A DNA stretch of 64,000 nucleotides, taken from IMG/VR virus record IMGVR_UViG_3300033066_000693, positions 192,001 through 256,000 of that record. The stretch is one strand, 5' to 3'. The notes under the pieces were generated by a model. That model ran no database searches, was not told the origin of the DNA, and was given only the letters and a program-made list of their open reading frames with translations. A program made the translations under genes and the position numbers. This document shows, piece by piece, positions 12,001 to 21,076 of this stretch (position 1 is its first letter; each line of letters starts with the position of its first letter). The stretch is from a virus.

Positions 12001-12587
12001 ACGTATTGCCATGTAGTGCAGAAAGACCTAGTAACTGTGGTTATCCCTTTTTCAGCGGTTTCTCCAATAGTGCTACCCTGAACAGAGTCATACTCAGAAG
12101 GAAGAATATTCTCTGAGCAATACAAACTTCCGTCTGCTATCCATGTCTGATGAGAGCCTATAGCGGTGCTACTAACCGCAGAGCCGCCGTCAAGGACAAG
12201 CGAGTTGGCTATGAGATTATTGTTTAGAGCCAAGAACTCCAAACTCTTCAGAGGAGCCACAGAAGATTCTAACCCTATAGCCTTCTTGAGCTTAGTAATT
12301 AGATCGTCTGGCTCTGCCTTGTAATCCCTCTTAGGGAATGCCAAGAAGTTGTGAAGATAAAAGTTTGGTCGAGGACGAAGAAACAGCCCGTCTACGCCAT
12401 TTATGAATGATAGCTTATTACGAAGAGACTGAGAAGCATATTGAATCGTTTCTGGCGAAAATACAAATGATTGGTCTTGACGAATGCGCTCGTACAGCGG
12501 GCAGTTGGCCCATAACAGGCACTTACACTTAAGGTTTCCCGGTCTTCCCGGTGTTGCATAATTTGGTAATTTACATCCATCGCTCAT
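9060..12587 (-). CDS. 1175-aa tail-tip/baseplate structural protein (putative)
   Basis: Long ORF, second gene after the tape measure protein; start overlaps the stop of the upstream gene (ATGA-type junction at 12587). Confidence 0.6.
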   Translation of the reverse strand: MSDGCKLPNYATPGRPGNLKCKCLLWANCPLYERIRQDQSFVFSPETIQYASQSLRNKLSFINGVDGLFLRPRPNFYLHNFLAFPKRDYKAEPDDLITKLKKAIGLESSVAPLKSLEFLALNNNLIANSLVLDGGSAVSSTAIGSHQTWIADGSLYCSENILPSEYDSVQGSTIGETAEKGITTVTRSFCTTWQYVSENVGQSITVLSQAPDQTGSVFNDPNEITEARTNNIFVPMTKGVDKPGDPIQAMTEHGLQNHAYFKHADGVYKNINPGMHWRVLKRTPLFQGEDFTVEFIRKAFQSTNIGSKSVKYRMLNKFAALDVFAVPEGPVCGSLNADGLWDKGKNNEILENTRKVLDFSRQQYYMVELGVGDPNHNYVLIIAENSFPIFCHIGKTPYLECNLQQFQSSGPTASPPPAKSTSSDIKKCSDDTGSGGDVQYSLREVTVVEYPKYPILRKLSTYDSASSLTLLKQDKLRITVRQHGGDIVITFSNHENNPWVISRKDLSANALPAGQPITESQVSYDSVRMLISPSQIALMGGNLKCGFTFAPLIYESLQSYTLPQNFSVEGPVDVDEIQFLWRDKGKSLNPEVSIKTPKSHYTNEAGSYSERAVNVAKTASTAVETVRTYAIDVQPEFVKKYGKAPDMMKNSKAAKSGIYESAIYLDSSQCTNSAGSTAETSKLMQVAISVVPGGYLFPAVDGGSPWPLKDCVTPLLYFFRMYVPPKGCIFDKAPIDVSQHVLTFSDEWSETDWQQIEHCGSISFLISNGMHFSGNQSNYLSTLIDKAFYLQISLWWEGGIMPTPDDPRDRVVFTGFCPGGTITTETNKKCLDCKLYDYSKIVKEGRFFNSPFFDRMRDVNAVQEILHLVGLRDGEENGSTTEPGSLVRILADADPLSEWYSFIFNGQKLFTREFALPGSYDILQSPFLKFPDNSSCWEAIEKISLLSNKVAYFDRLGVFNFVALPYDQELFGGQEGTEVSWDIQDWLALSKFDFFATPKSIVQPDNFSIGNQIIGDYKVERVVEDVVNEIKVISTSPNGEILIAGHVNYASLHNPDSPGFLGYHKPFVQMDGIFGNEATVKWMVKNYTRMFIPPIKVCFRAIGRNDIKALDVISFQPLGSTQMQPLIVSSVKSEIDASKNSWIQDFECLWLFPKQNIQWGASNEAALGLDGSISG

Positions 12588-15500
12588 TAGTTACTATTCC
12601 CGTAACCTATGTCCATCTTAGGTGTATTGTAAAAGGAAAATGCTCTAAAGTTACCCGCAGCGTCCTTGTAAAAGAACCTCAAGATACCGCTTGCCGTCAT
12701 ATAACCAAGAGAGGGTGTTTCGGAAATAGAGAAAGCGTCTCCGAAAAGGTCTACATCTGAATATGGGAAAACAATGGCTGTATCCTTGTTTTTAATGGAT
12801 AGCTTCGCCTCTTGACTCAAAGCTCCTACCACAAACATTGGTTTAGCTATTTTGGAATCAGGAGATAGTACGTCAGCTATCTTTGTATCTGTACTTTGAG
12901 ATATAGACGACTCAAACTTTCTCATGAAAAGCATACCCTCGCTTTGGTATGTCAAATAGCTAAACTCTTTCTTTATGTCTAGTACAACTCCTAGAGTGCT
13001 AATAGGCTTTAGTTCTTGAAGAGAGTTGTTCTTGTGAACATACATGCCGTTTGGTATTACATCAAACCACGAGTCTCCATCATTGGAACTATTGCGACAG
13101 TATAGCTTGCCATTAGAAACAAACATAACCTTCAGTTGACCAGCGCCGTCCTTGAAAGCAAAGTAATCTATCTCTGCAAAGCCTTCTTGATAATTGGTAT
13201 AGTCTCCGGCTGAGATAATTCTTGCGTCTGTTCGACCTTGTTTTTTCATCTCTTTGGAAATTTCTACTTCATTTTCTAGATAATCTCCATTGAGATTACC
13301 TACAACAATACTGCTGGTAGCTTCTCGTATAGTCTGACCACCCGGCGTGAAATGGTATAGTCCATAGCCTTTTTCTGTGGTTTGGTCAAATCGAAGCGGT
13401 CGCTTATACCCCAAGAATGCGTCTTCGCAATCAAACAAGCTAGTATCTATAAGCTTGTGCATGAGAGTATTGTTCAGTACAAAAAACAGATGAACCTTAC
13501 GGGTAAAGTAGTCAACAAAGGCATACGGAGCGCCGACAGTCTCGCCAGCAACCGTGCGAACTATCGCCTTGAAATCGAACCAAGTGCTTCCGTAGTCGGA
13601 CGAAAACAAGCACGATATCTCAGTTGCCGCAGAATCCGACAAACCCGGCAGATTTAGCTCTAGCGGTCCCTGAAGATGAGAACCGTCAGCATTGAAGCCG
13701 TTGTTTATAGTTGGACCCTCATTGCCTTTTGAGTCCTCATAGAATATCAGCCAATTGCCTGACGGATCGAAGCAAGTAGAAACTACTGAAGCTCCTATCT
13801 TGTATTTAGCATAGTCTTCTTCCGAAATAGATTCTGCCTCAACAGAGAGAATCTCCATGTTCTTGAGAATGCTTCCGTCTATGAACCATGTCTCGTCATT
13901 GACGTATCTAACATTTGCTGTTATCTTTCTAGGAGTTGAGGAAAGCAAGCCTTGATAAGGAACGCCAATATTATCAACAACTACCTTGGAGTTTGGAAAT
14001 ACGAAAGACAAAAGACGCTCTTTGTTGTCTAAGAAATCGGCGCTGTTGGGATAATACGCTATCGTTATCTTACGAATCCTTCTGTCAGGCTTTCCGTTTA
14101 TACTAAGTCTTCCGGTTTCTTTACTCTTGATTAGCGGAAGCTTGTCTACGCTCACAATGGAAGGGGAAACCTTGTTCATAAGGATTTGGGCGTCCTCAGT
14201 TGTAATTTCTGAGCCTTTGAAGTATCCCGGCTGGTCCCCTAGCAAATGGTCATACCCACCTCTTTTTATGGATTCTTCGGTCAAAGAATCGTCAATAGGA
14301 GGCAGTCTGTGACCTGTAGACGGAAGTTTATAGCTCAACTCTGATAGTTCTTTGTTCAAAGTCCCATTATCAAATGCTCTATATTTTGTGACTCCATTTG
14401 CTGTATCAGGATAAACTACAAAACCGAAGTCCCTCTTGGGGTCAGTGGTTACTCCATAGTTTTCTTGAAATGCAGGCTTAGTTCCAACCCAAATAGCTCC
14501 GTCTTTTCTAAGAGCGTATTGAGCAGAAAACTGTTCTACATAAATACGAGTCTTCTTAGTCATTGGAGCAATGAAAGTAGGAGTTCTCAAGATCATATCT
14601 GCACTGATTGTTCCCTTGTTACAGAATCCTAGATCATAAACAAAGGTAACATTGCATGAGAAAAGGTGGGCCGTACCCTGCATTGGTACAGAGTCAAACT
14701 TTGCGCTTGTCAAGTCATAGTCGTCTCTGCCTACGGTCTTGTTCTTGACAAAATCAAGATTCGGAGCGCCTACGCCAGTTCCGGCAGTATTCTTGTTGAA
14801 GACCGAGCATCTACTAATAGCCTTTGCAAATCTTCTCTCATAACCAAACTTCTCATTGTCGTAATGAATCATGTTTACATGATCGCTCACATCAAATAAG
14901 AAGTCGTCAAAGAACGTATTATTGGCGTTCGAAAGGTTTAGCTGTCCATTGTTGTCCATTGCTCCTGTCAAAGTAAGCTCTTCGATAAACGAATCGAACC
15001 ATGCTTGGTCGGCTATAGCAGAACGAGGTACTAATAACTCTGGCTGGTTGCTTCCTTTGAAATCAAGGAAAAGCAAACCCCTAGAATCAGCAAAGTAGCA
15101 TCCCTTGATAATTGGATTGCGATTGGCTTTTTCAAGCTTACTTTCTATAAGCCTCTGGCTTTCTATTTGCTCTAGCAAGATACGAGTTCTAAGCTGGGCT
15201 ATCTTTCTTTCCTTTTCAGGGCCAGTAAGAGAAGCATCATTCTGAGCAGCGGTAATTTCTTTTTCTACCGCAGCGTCATTCGCAATATCTGCCAGAGCAG
15301 CCCTGCGAGTAGGGTCTTTTCTAATCTTGAATGCAAACTTCTTGAAGTTCCACTCCTTTACCAAATCCAAAGGAGGCAACTGATAAGCGTCCTGCGATGG
15401 GAACAGGAAAAAGTTGGTTATATTCGCTGTGGCATGGCGAAAGATTGGATTGATAGCAGCGGAATAAGAGAGGTATACCTTGTCTCCCTCCTTGAGTAGA

Positions 15501-16429
15501 TTTGGAGGGCCTGCTGCATTTGGATCTTCATTAGACAAAACAAAACGAATCTTCTTGTCTGTCAAATCGTCGGTATTGCCGTTCCAAAAAACGTGTCCTT
15601 GGTCCCTATCGAACTCATTATCCGCTCTATAGCGATTCTTTCTTTCGTCGCGAACAATAGAGTCGAAATGGTTCGTAGCGTCTGACCATGAATAGTTCTT
15701 GAACGTTGCCTGAATCTGTCCTTTAGCATTGGTTGTCCATCCTCGAATGCTACGATGAGTATTGCCAAGGTTTTCAAGCTCGTTAAGATCTTGGATACCT
15801 AGAAGAACTCGCATGTCGCTTTCTGTAAGCTGGCTTGGAGCCACTCTTTTACCTAGCTTTGCTTGAACTTCGTTGTCTGTCTTTTTCTTAGCTTCGTCAA
15901 TCTGCTCAGGAGTAAGAGGATTCGTAGGGGTAACAAAAGCTATAGGCTCTCTGGTAATTCCAAGAAAACCAATAACGTAATCAGGGAGAGTAATGGTTTG
16001 AGAAGCTATTTCTTCTTTAGTCAGAACATGAACTCGGTTGAGTCTTGTTTCCGCGTCGCAAACATGGAAAACCCATTTTGAGATCGTTCTTTCCGAGTCT
16101 CCAACAAGAGTACAACCAAGAGCAAAACCAATGTTAGCTCCGCCGCCAGCGCCTAAGAATCCTAGAGCAGCAAAAGCTCCCTGTCCTTGATCTGCCAGAT
16201 TAGTGCCTGTTATTCTTGAGGAAACTCCAAACCAAAACTCAGCATAGAGACGGTCAGATGGAAGGAGACGTATCTTGTCTCTCTCTGAAATGATAACGCC
16301 GCCTTGGTTATGCGTCTTTGGGCTAGCAACGGTGCCTTCTTCAGGAATAAACCCATTCGGTATAAGGTCTATATTATCATAGGCAAGAACGCTGCTTGGA
16401 AGTAGATTTCCTAAACAGATATTGGGCAT
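12587..16429 (-). CDS. 1280-aa distal tail/baseplate hub protein (putative)
   Basis: Immediately downstream of the tape measure gene (2-nt spacing), the usual position of distal-tail/tip proteins; Gly-rich patch GFLGAGGGANIGFALG. Confidence 0.6.
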   Translation of the reverse strand: MPNICLGNLLPSSVLAYDNIDLIPNGFIPEEGTVASPKTHNQGGVIISERDKIRLLPSDRLYAEFWFGVSSRITGTNLADQGQGAFAALGFLGAGGGANIGFALGCTLVGDSERTISKWVFHVCDAETRLNRVHVLTKEEIASQTITLPDYVIGFLGITREPIAFVTPTNPLTPEQIDEAKKKTDNEVQAKLGKRVAPSQLTESDMRVLLGIQDLNELENLGNTHRSIRGWTTNAKGQIQATFKNYSWSDATNHFDSIVRDERKNRYRADNEFDRDQGHVFWNGNTDDLTDKKIRFVLSNEDPNAAGPPNLLKEGDKVYLSYSAAINPIFRHATANITNFFLFPSQDAYQLPPLDLVKEWNFKKFAFKIRKDPTRRAALADIANDAAVEKEITAAQNDASLTGPEKERKIAQLRTRILLEQIESQRLIESKLEKANRNPIIKGCYFADSRGLLFLDFKGSNQPELLVPRSAIADQAWFDSFIEELTLTGAMDNNGQLNLSNANNTFFDDFLFDVSDHVNMIHYDNEKFGYERRFAKAISRCSVFNKNTAGTGVGAPNLDFVKNKTVGRDDYDLTSAKFDSVPMQGTAHLFSCNVTFVYDLGFCNKGTISADMILRTPTFIAPMTKKTRIYVEQFSAQYALRKDGAIWVGTKPAFQENYGVTTDPKRDFGFVVYPDTANGVTKYRAFDNGTLNKELSELSYKLPSTGHRLPPIDDSLTEESIKRGGYDHLLGDQPGYFKGSEITTEDAQILMNKVSPSIVSVDKLPLIKSKETGRLSINGKPDRRIRKITIAYYPNSADFLDNKERLLSFVFPNSKVVVDNIGVPYQGLLSSTPRKITANVRYVNDETWFIDGSILKNMEILSVEAESISEEDYAKYKIGASVVSTCFDPSGNWLIFYEDSKGNEGPTINNGFNADGSHLQGPLELNLPGLSDSAATEISCLFSSDYGSTWFDFKAIVRTVAGETVGAPYAFVDYFTRKVHLFFVLNNTLMHKLIDTSLFDCEDAFLGYKRPLRFDQTTEKGYGLYHFTPGGQTIREATSSIVVGNLNGDYLENEVEISKEMKKQGRTDARIISAGDYTNYQEGFAEIDYFAFKDGAGQLKVMFVSNGKLYCRNSSNDGDSWFDVIPNGMYVHKNNSLQELKPISTLGVVLDIKKEFSYLTYQSEGMLFMRKFESSISQSTDTKIADVLSPDSKIAKPMFVVGALSQEAKLSIKNKDTAIVFPYSDVDLFGDAFSISETPSLGYMTASGILRFFYKDAAGNFRAFSFYNTPKMDIGYGNSN

Positions 16430-16430
16430 G

Positions 16431-19133
16431 TTATCTTCCGGACTGTATTTCTCTTATCGTCTCAGTCTTGACTTCTTTGAGAACGTCCTTGAGCATATCT
16501 ACCCAAGATTTTCTAAGAGTATCAATATCGTTCTGGTCAAGAAGGAACTTAGGACTGCCGTTTGTCTTGCCCTTATTGGCTTTTTCCATTGCATTTACAA
16601 AACCTTCGGTAACTGCCGTAGTAAGCTCTGCCGTTCCTTGAGGACCAACTCCTGCGGCTGCCGCAGCAGGAGACATTCTAGAGCCTATGTTTTGCTGATA
16701 TTGCATTACGGAGTTTGCCATGCCTTGCAAACCGTTATTCGTTCCAAGGCCATATTGACCCAAGACTCCCTTTTCATAAGCTCCCGCCGCTCCCTCATTA
16801 AATCCACCCGGAGTCCACTGAGCAGAGTCTCGTCGTCCTCCAATAGTTCCGCCGCCTCTCAAGCTCTTAATCCTATCAGGACCGGCAAACTGCAAGTTTC
16901 CTAGACGCTTATTCTGGTCAATGACAATTCTAGTAAAGACGCCAGCACCAGAAGTCATTGCGCTAATAGCGCTGATCCATCCTTCTCGCATGGACTTCGT
17001 AACTTCAGCTTGCTTCTGAACCGCTGCTGTTTGCTCTTGCTTAATACGGAGAATCTCGCTCTCCATTTCAAACGCCTTGTACTTATCTCCGCTGTCTACA
17101 GCTATAGCCCTTTGCTCTTCGGCTCTTGTTAGCTGTTGAGAAAGAAGAACAAGCTCTTGATTTAGCTGCTGAACGATCTGCTGACGAGCGCCAACCTGCG
17201 CTCTTAGTCCAGTACCAGCGCTATCCGCCAAAGCAACTTGCGATTCCATAAGAGAAACGGCTAGCTTCTGCTGATCAAGTTGAGGCTGATTCTGCTTGAC
17301 GTACATAGCTGCTGCGTCTACTCGCTGCTTATTCAAGTCTAGAAGCTCAGCTTCTAGCTTCTTATATTGAGCAAGCTTCTCAGGATCGTCAAGACCACCT
17401 TGCGCCTGAAGATTCTCCATTCTGTCCCGCAAGCCCTTGCCTCGTTCTGCAAGCTGTGCGTTCATAGCTGTAAGCGAGCCGCCAAGATCTCCTTGCCCAG
17501 TTCTACCAAACACAGCAGCCTGCGAAGTCATCAACTGTGTACTCGCTTCAAGCAACGTCTTTTGACGTTCAAGACCTTGGATAAGAAGAGCTTGCTTCTG
17601 AACCAATTGCAACTTGGAGTTAAGAGCTTTTTGATCTTCTGTGCTTAGTTGCTTTTGCGTTTCAAGAATCTTTGCGGCAGCCTCTTGCTGCTTCATAGTA
17701 GCAAGTTGATTCTTGATAGCAGCAATCTGGCTTGTGGTTTCTTCGCTTGCGCCGTCCGTGCCAGTCCATTGACGAACTCTACCGAACATACCACTGGCCT
17801 TATCAAACTTCTCTTTGTCAGCCTGAGACTCCAACATAGAAAGCTGCATCATTAGCTTTTTTCTTGGATCTTCTATTGACTCCGCTCTGGCTTTATAGTC
17901 GTAGTTTGTATTAAACGACTTTCCTGCTAGGTCTTTCCCTCCTAGAAGGCCTTTCTCAATGCCATAATGCTCAATACCATAGCCTACACCAAAGCCTATC
18001 GCTCCTGCTGCTGCAACTCCGCCTGTAGTCAAGGCCGCTCCGCCTAGACCGCCACCTCCCAAAGCTGCTGCGCCACCGTACAAAGAAGCGCCGCCTCTAA
18101 GAGCGGCTCCGGCCCCTCCTCGCAAAGCTCCGGCTCCTCGTCCTATCCACTTGCCAGCGCCTAGCGATTTTAGGTCGGCAGCCGCATCAAGAATGTTAAG
18201 GCTACCACCTATGGTTGACTGTATGCCTCCAAGAATAGCATTGATCTCAGCATATCTTTGGACAACAGTTGATAGACTTTCGGCCCACTTGTCTACGCCG
18301 CCTACAAGATCTGCTGTTTTACCTATAGCCCAAACGGTATCGTCGCCAGCCTTTTTAAGTCCAGTCTCAATAGCGACTTGAGCGCTTCTAATCATAACCG
18401 CAGGATTCTGAAGCTCGTCTAGTTCGTCTTGTTGACCTTGAGGCCTATTCTGTCCCTGCTGAAGTTCAAGGAACTTCTTGTAGTCTTGAAGACCTATCTT
18501 GCCAGCAGAAAGCAAACCGCTAGCGAACTTCTCGGCACCTTCAAAATCAAGATTACCAACCATCTTCTCAAGCAGAGGGTTATTAGCTAACAGTCCTTCG
18601 ATGCCTTGCCTAAACTGGTTGATAGCATCAATGTTATTGCCAACAGTATTACGGATGGCCTTGAGATAGCCGTCCATCTTTTCAGGACCAGTTACATTGA
18701 AAGCTTTTTCTAATCCAGAAGCTAGGCTAATAGATTGTTCATACGTAAGCTTATATGTTTTCCTTAGAGATTCAATTCTTGAAGTATAATCTGCAACCGA
18801 ACTTCCATACTTTTGAAACTGACTAAATGTACCAACAATGCTATCTCTATACTTGATAGTAGTGTCTAAGCCGTTTTTCAGGGTTATATTTTGCGCATTG
18901 ATAAAACCCGTAAACGTATTGACGGTGCCGCTGACCGTTCCAGCTATTCGCCCTACTGCTGCTATGCCCTTTTCAAGCTTTGCCGCGCCCTCGTTTGCCT
19001 TACGGAACGAGCCTTCAACTCGGTCCATAGACTCCATAAGGCGTCCAGCGCCCTCTTCGCCAAACTGGGCGACAAGAGCAACATAGACGGTACGGCGGTC
19101 CCCAGTTAGCTTGGATGGGTCAAAGTCAGCCAT
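16431..19133 (-). CDS. Tail tape measure protein (900 aa)
   Basis: Predominantly coiled-coil composition (Q/A/L/K/E-rich heptads), internal Gly-rich block GAGALRGGAGAALRGGASLYGGAAALGGGGLGG..., position downstream of the chaperone genes. Confidence 0.75.
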   Translation of the reverse strand: MADFDPSKLTGDRRTVYVALVAQFGEEGAGRLMESMDRVEGSFRKANEGAAKLEKGIAAVGRIAGTVSGTVNTFTGFINAQNITLKNGLDTTIKYRDSIVGTFSQFQKYGSSVADYTSRIESLRKTYKLTYEQSISLASGLEKAFNVTGPEKMDGYLKAIRNTVGNNIDAINQFRQGIEGLLANNPLLEKMVGNLDFEGAEKFASGLLSAGKIGLQDYKKFLELQQGQNRPQGQQDELDELQNPAVMIRSAQVAIETGLKKAGDDTVWAIGKTADLVGGVDKWAESLSTVVQRYAEINAILGGIQSTIGGSLNILDAAADLKSLGAGKWIGRGAGALRGGAGAALRGGASLYGGAAALGGGGLGGAALTTGGVAAAGAIGFGVGYGIEHYGIEKGLLGGKDLAGKSFNTNYDYKARAESIEDPRKKLMMQLSMLESQADKEKFDKASGMFGRVRQWTGTDGASEETTSQIAAIKNQLATMKQQEAAAKILETQKQLSTEDQKALNSKLQLVQKQALLIQGLERQKTLLEASTQLMTSQAAVFGRTGQGDLGGSLTAMNAQLAERGKGLRDRMENLQAQGGLDDPEKLAQYKKLEAELLDLNKQRVDAAAMYVKQNQPQLDQQKLAVSLMESQVALADSAGTGLRAQVGARQQIVQQLNQELVLLSQQLTRAEEQRAIAVDSGDKYKAFEMESEILRIKQEQTAAVQKQAEVTKSMREGWISAISAMTSGAGVFTRIVIDQNKRLGNLQFAGPDRIKSLRGGGTIGGRRDSAQWTPGGFNEGAAGAYEKGVLGQYGLGTNNGLQGMANSVMQYQQNIGSRMSPAAAAAGVGPQGTAELTTAVTEGFVNAMEKANKGKTNGSPKFLLDQNDIDTLRKSWVDMLKDVLKEVKTETIREIQSGR

Positions 19134-19170
19134 TCATCTCTCTCATTGTGGTGGATACTCCTATTACAAG

Positions 19171-19205
19171 AAAAAAGCCGCCAACCCTTGCAGGGTTAAC
19201 GGCTT
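19171..19205 (-). terminator. Rho-independent terminator between the membrane-protein gene and the tape measure gene
   Basis: Minus strand reads AAGCCGTTAACCCTGCAAGGGTTGGCGGCTTTTTT: two-part GC-rich stem (AAGCCG/CGGCTT and AACCCT/AGGGTT), 3-nt loop, then T6. Confidence 0.55.
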
Positions 19206-19231
19206 AATCTGCCTTCGCTCTGTATGACTTG

Positions 19232-19843
19232 TTAGTTCGTCTTATCCCAGAACCAACGGAGGCGAGGAGGAATAGCCTCTCTATCGCTCTCATGCTTCTG
19301 CTTGGCTTCCTCAGCCTTGGAGCGAAGGTCTTCGATATATGACTCAAAAGGCTTGTTATTCCAAGCTTCCCAAGTTGGGACTCTGCTTGCCTTTGTAGGA
19401 TCGGCTCGATAATCCGCCAGTTCCTTCTCTGCCTTCTCTACCATGACGGAAGAGCGGGCAGCCTCAGGAAGATTCTCGAACCTAGCCTTAGGAACAGGGC
19501 CAGCAGCCGGAAGAGTTACAAGAAGCATAAATGCCAAAACAAATGGCATAACCAAAGCCGACTGAATCACCCGCAGCCAGCCGTAGTTGAACATCCAAAA
19601 GAGAGAAGCAACCATGTAGATAAAGATTGGGATAAGCAAAGGATACCCGCCGCCCATCAACATGCTCAAGAAAAAACCATTGCCCTCCATCATGCCAACA
19701 ATGGTTCCCTTGATGAAGATGATGACGGCAAGGAGCGCCGCAAGCAACCATTCAATGAGGGTGATGGTGTACAGGATTCGACCGAAAGAAGAGAGGAACG
19801 ACATGAGTTTGACCTCCAAGATTGATTTCTGCCTATCCCACAC
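19232..19843 (-). CDS. Integral membrane protein (about 4 TM helices) with hydrophilic charged C-terminal tail
   Basis: N-terminal 120 aa are four hydrophobic segments (LLAALLAVIIFI, GYPLLIPIFIYMVASLFWMF, VMPFVLAFMLLVTL); the C-terminus is K/E-rich. Confidence 0.6.
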   Translation of the reverse strand: MWDRQKSILEVKLMSFLSSFGRILYTITLIEWLLAALLAVIIFIKGTIVGMMEGNGFFLSMLMGGGYPLLIPIFIYMVASLFWMFNYGWLRVIQSALVMPFVLAFMLLVTLPAAGPVPKARFENLPEAARSSVMVEKAEKELADYRADPTKASRVPTWEAWNNKPFESYIEDLRSKAEEAKQKHESDREAIPPRLRWFWDKTN

Positions 19844-19906
19844 AATCCTAGGCGAAGTCTAGTCTTGGAGAAGCCAAAAACGCCGTTCAGATACCGAACA
19901 GGTGCT

Positions 19907-20314
19907 TTACACTTCTGAAACCTGACGGTCCAATTCATTTGAAATCAGTTGGGCAACTGTATTTTCAAGCAAAAGTACGCTATCAGCCGTCGCAGGTACA
20001 GGTTCTCCCTTTTCATCCTTGAAATCCCATGACTTCAAAAGCTGAACAAAGCGAGTGTACGGCAATCTGGTTGGACTCATGGACATTTTTCCCTCTTCAT
20101 TGAACCTGAGAGCAGAATCCAAAAGTTGCAGGTTATCACCGTATGAAGGGACTCTGAACTTTACTGTATGAGTAGTAACTCCAAGAGATGCCTCAGGTAT
20201 CCCTTTGGGTTTTTGAGCTACCTGTCCATCCGTCCAAGCATGTAGCTTCCCCTCTAGCGTGCAAGTATATACCTTGATAACTATTTCTGCGTCCTTACTT
20301 ACAAATAAGCTCAT
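19907..20314 (-). CDS. Tail assembly chaperone paralog (G-like, 135 aa)
   Basis: Shares the C-terminal pattern LKSWDFKDEKGEPVPAT...L...V..LISNEL with the 20544..20984 product (KEWDVEDDDGKTVPVT...L..VIASALLDKY); ATGA start/stop overlap with the upstream ORF. Confidence 0.55.
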   Translation of the reverse strand: MSLFVSKDAEIVIKVYTCTLEGKLHAWTDGQVAQKPKGIPEASLGVTTHTVKFRVPSYGDNLQLLDSALRFNEEGKMSMSPTRLPYTRFVQLLKSWDFKDEKGEPVPATADSVLLLENTVAQLISNELDRQVSEV

Positions 20315-20544
20315 CCCATGCTCCTTATTGCTCCAACTCCCATTATTGCTTCAGCATGCTTTTGCAAGATCTTGGCTTTGATCGTACAGATAAGAACATG
20401 CTCTGTAAACTTTTTGATACTAAGATTTCGAATGTACTCCAAATCCCAACCATATTCTGACGCCAGCAAATGTTCATAGAATGCTTCATGCAGCGTGTCT
20501 GTTCCTGTATCTTTGCCGCCATAGAAACTTACTGCGTCAGCCAC
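20311..20544 (-). CDS. T-extension segment of a G/GT tail assembly chaperone, reached by -1 frameshift
   Basis: ORF in -1 frame relative to 20544..20984, begins exactly at its stop; an A9 slippery run (plus-strand T9 at 20547-20555) lies immediately 5' of the junction. Confidence 0.55.
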   Translation of the reverse strand: MADAVSFYGGKDTGTDTLHEAFYEHLLASEYGWDLEYIRNLSIKKFTEHVLICTIKAKILQKHAEAIMGVGAIRSMG

Positions 20545-20984
20545 TATTTTTTTTTATCCTCTTCCTCCAAGGACAAGCAACCGTTGTACTTATCCAATAG
20601 AGCAGATGCAATAACGCTAGGAAGCGAGCCAATCGTTTCTACGGTTACTGGAACAGTCTTTCCGTCGTCGTCTTCTACGTCCCATTCTTTCAGGCACGTT
20701 TTGAACAAGTTGTCCTGATACTTAGACCAATCAATCTTGCTGGCTCCGTCAGAAGGGCTATAGAATGTTGATGATCTTACTAGATAGTTATTCGTATGCC
20801 AAGTTGGTACGCTCCATTTAGTAGTCAACGAATCAGCCTCAACCGAGCCGCTTGCAGCTAGCTTTTTGAACTCTTCTTCTTCCAAAATCTTATACTGTCT
20901 AATGCCAAAGCGATTAGCTCGAACTTGGTAATAAATGGTTATAGTAACAAGTTCATCGCTTTTGACTAGCATTGATTTTGCCAT
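20544..20984 (-). CDS. Tail assembly chaperone G (146 aa)
   Basis: Size and position between the tail-tube candidate and the tape measure gene; ends GAT AAA AAA AAA TAG, a classic slippery stop context. Confidence 0.6.
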   Translation of the reverse strand: MAKSMLVKSDELVTITIYYQVRANRFGIRQYKILEEEEFKKLAASGSVEADSLTTKWSVPTWHTNNYLVRSSTFYSPSDGASKIDWSKYQDNLFKTCLKEWDVEDDDGKTVPVTVETIGSLPSVIASALLDKYNGCLSLEEEDKKK

Positions 20985-21076
20985 GCAGTTTCTCCTACAG
21001 TTACAACAGTGACATACCAGACCGAAGTAGTCTGGTATGCCGTCATTGTGCTATCGTCATTTTGTTGAAAGCTCAG

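Noticed and set aside
16431-19133. Alternative reading of the 900-aa Gly-rich/coiled-coil protein as a collagen-like or lytic transglycosylase-containing protein.
   Set aside because: The Gly-rich block is GA/GG-type (tape measure-like), not GXY triplets; no lysozyme or peptidase motif seen; position after G/GT chaperones fits a tape measure protein.
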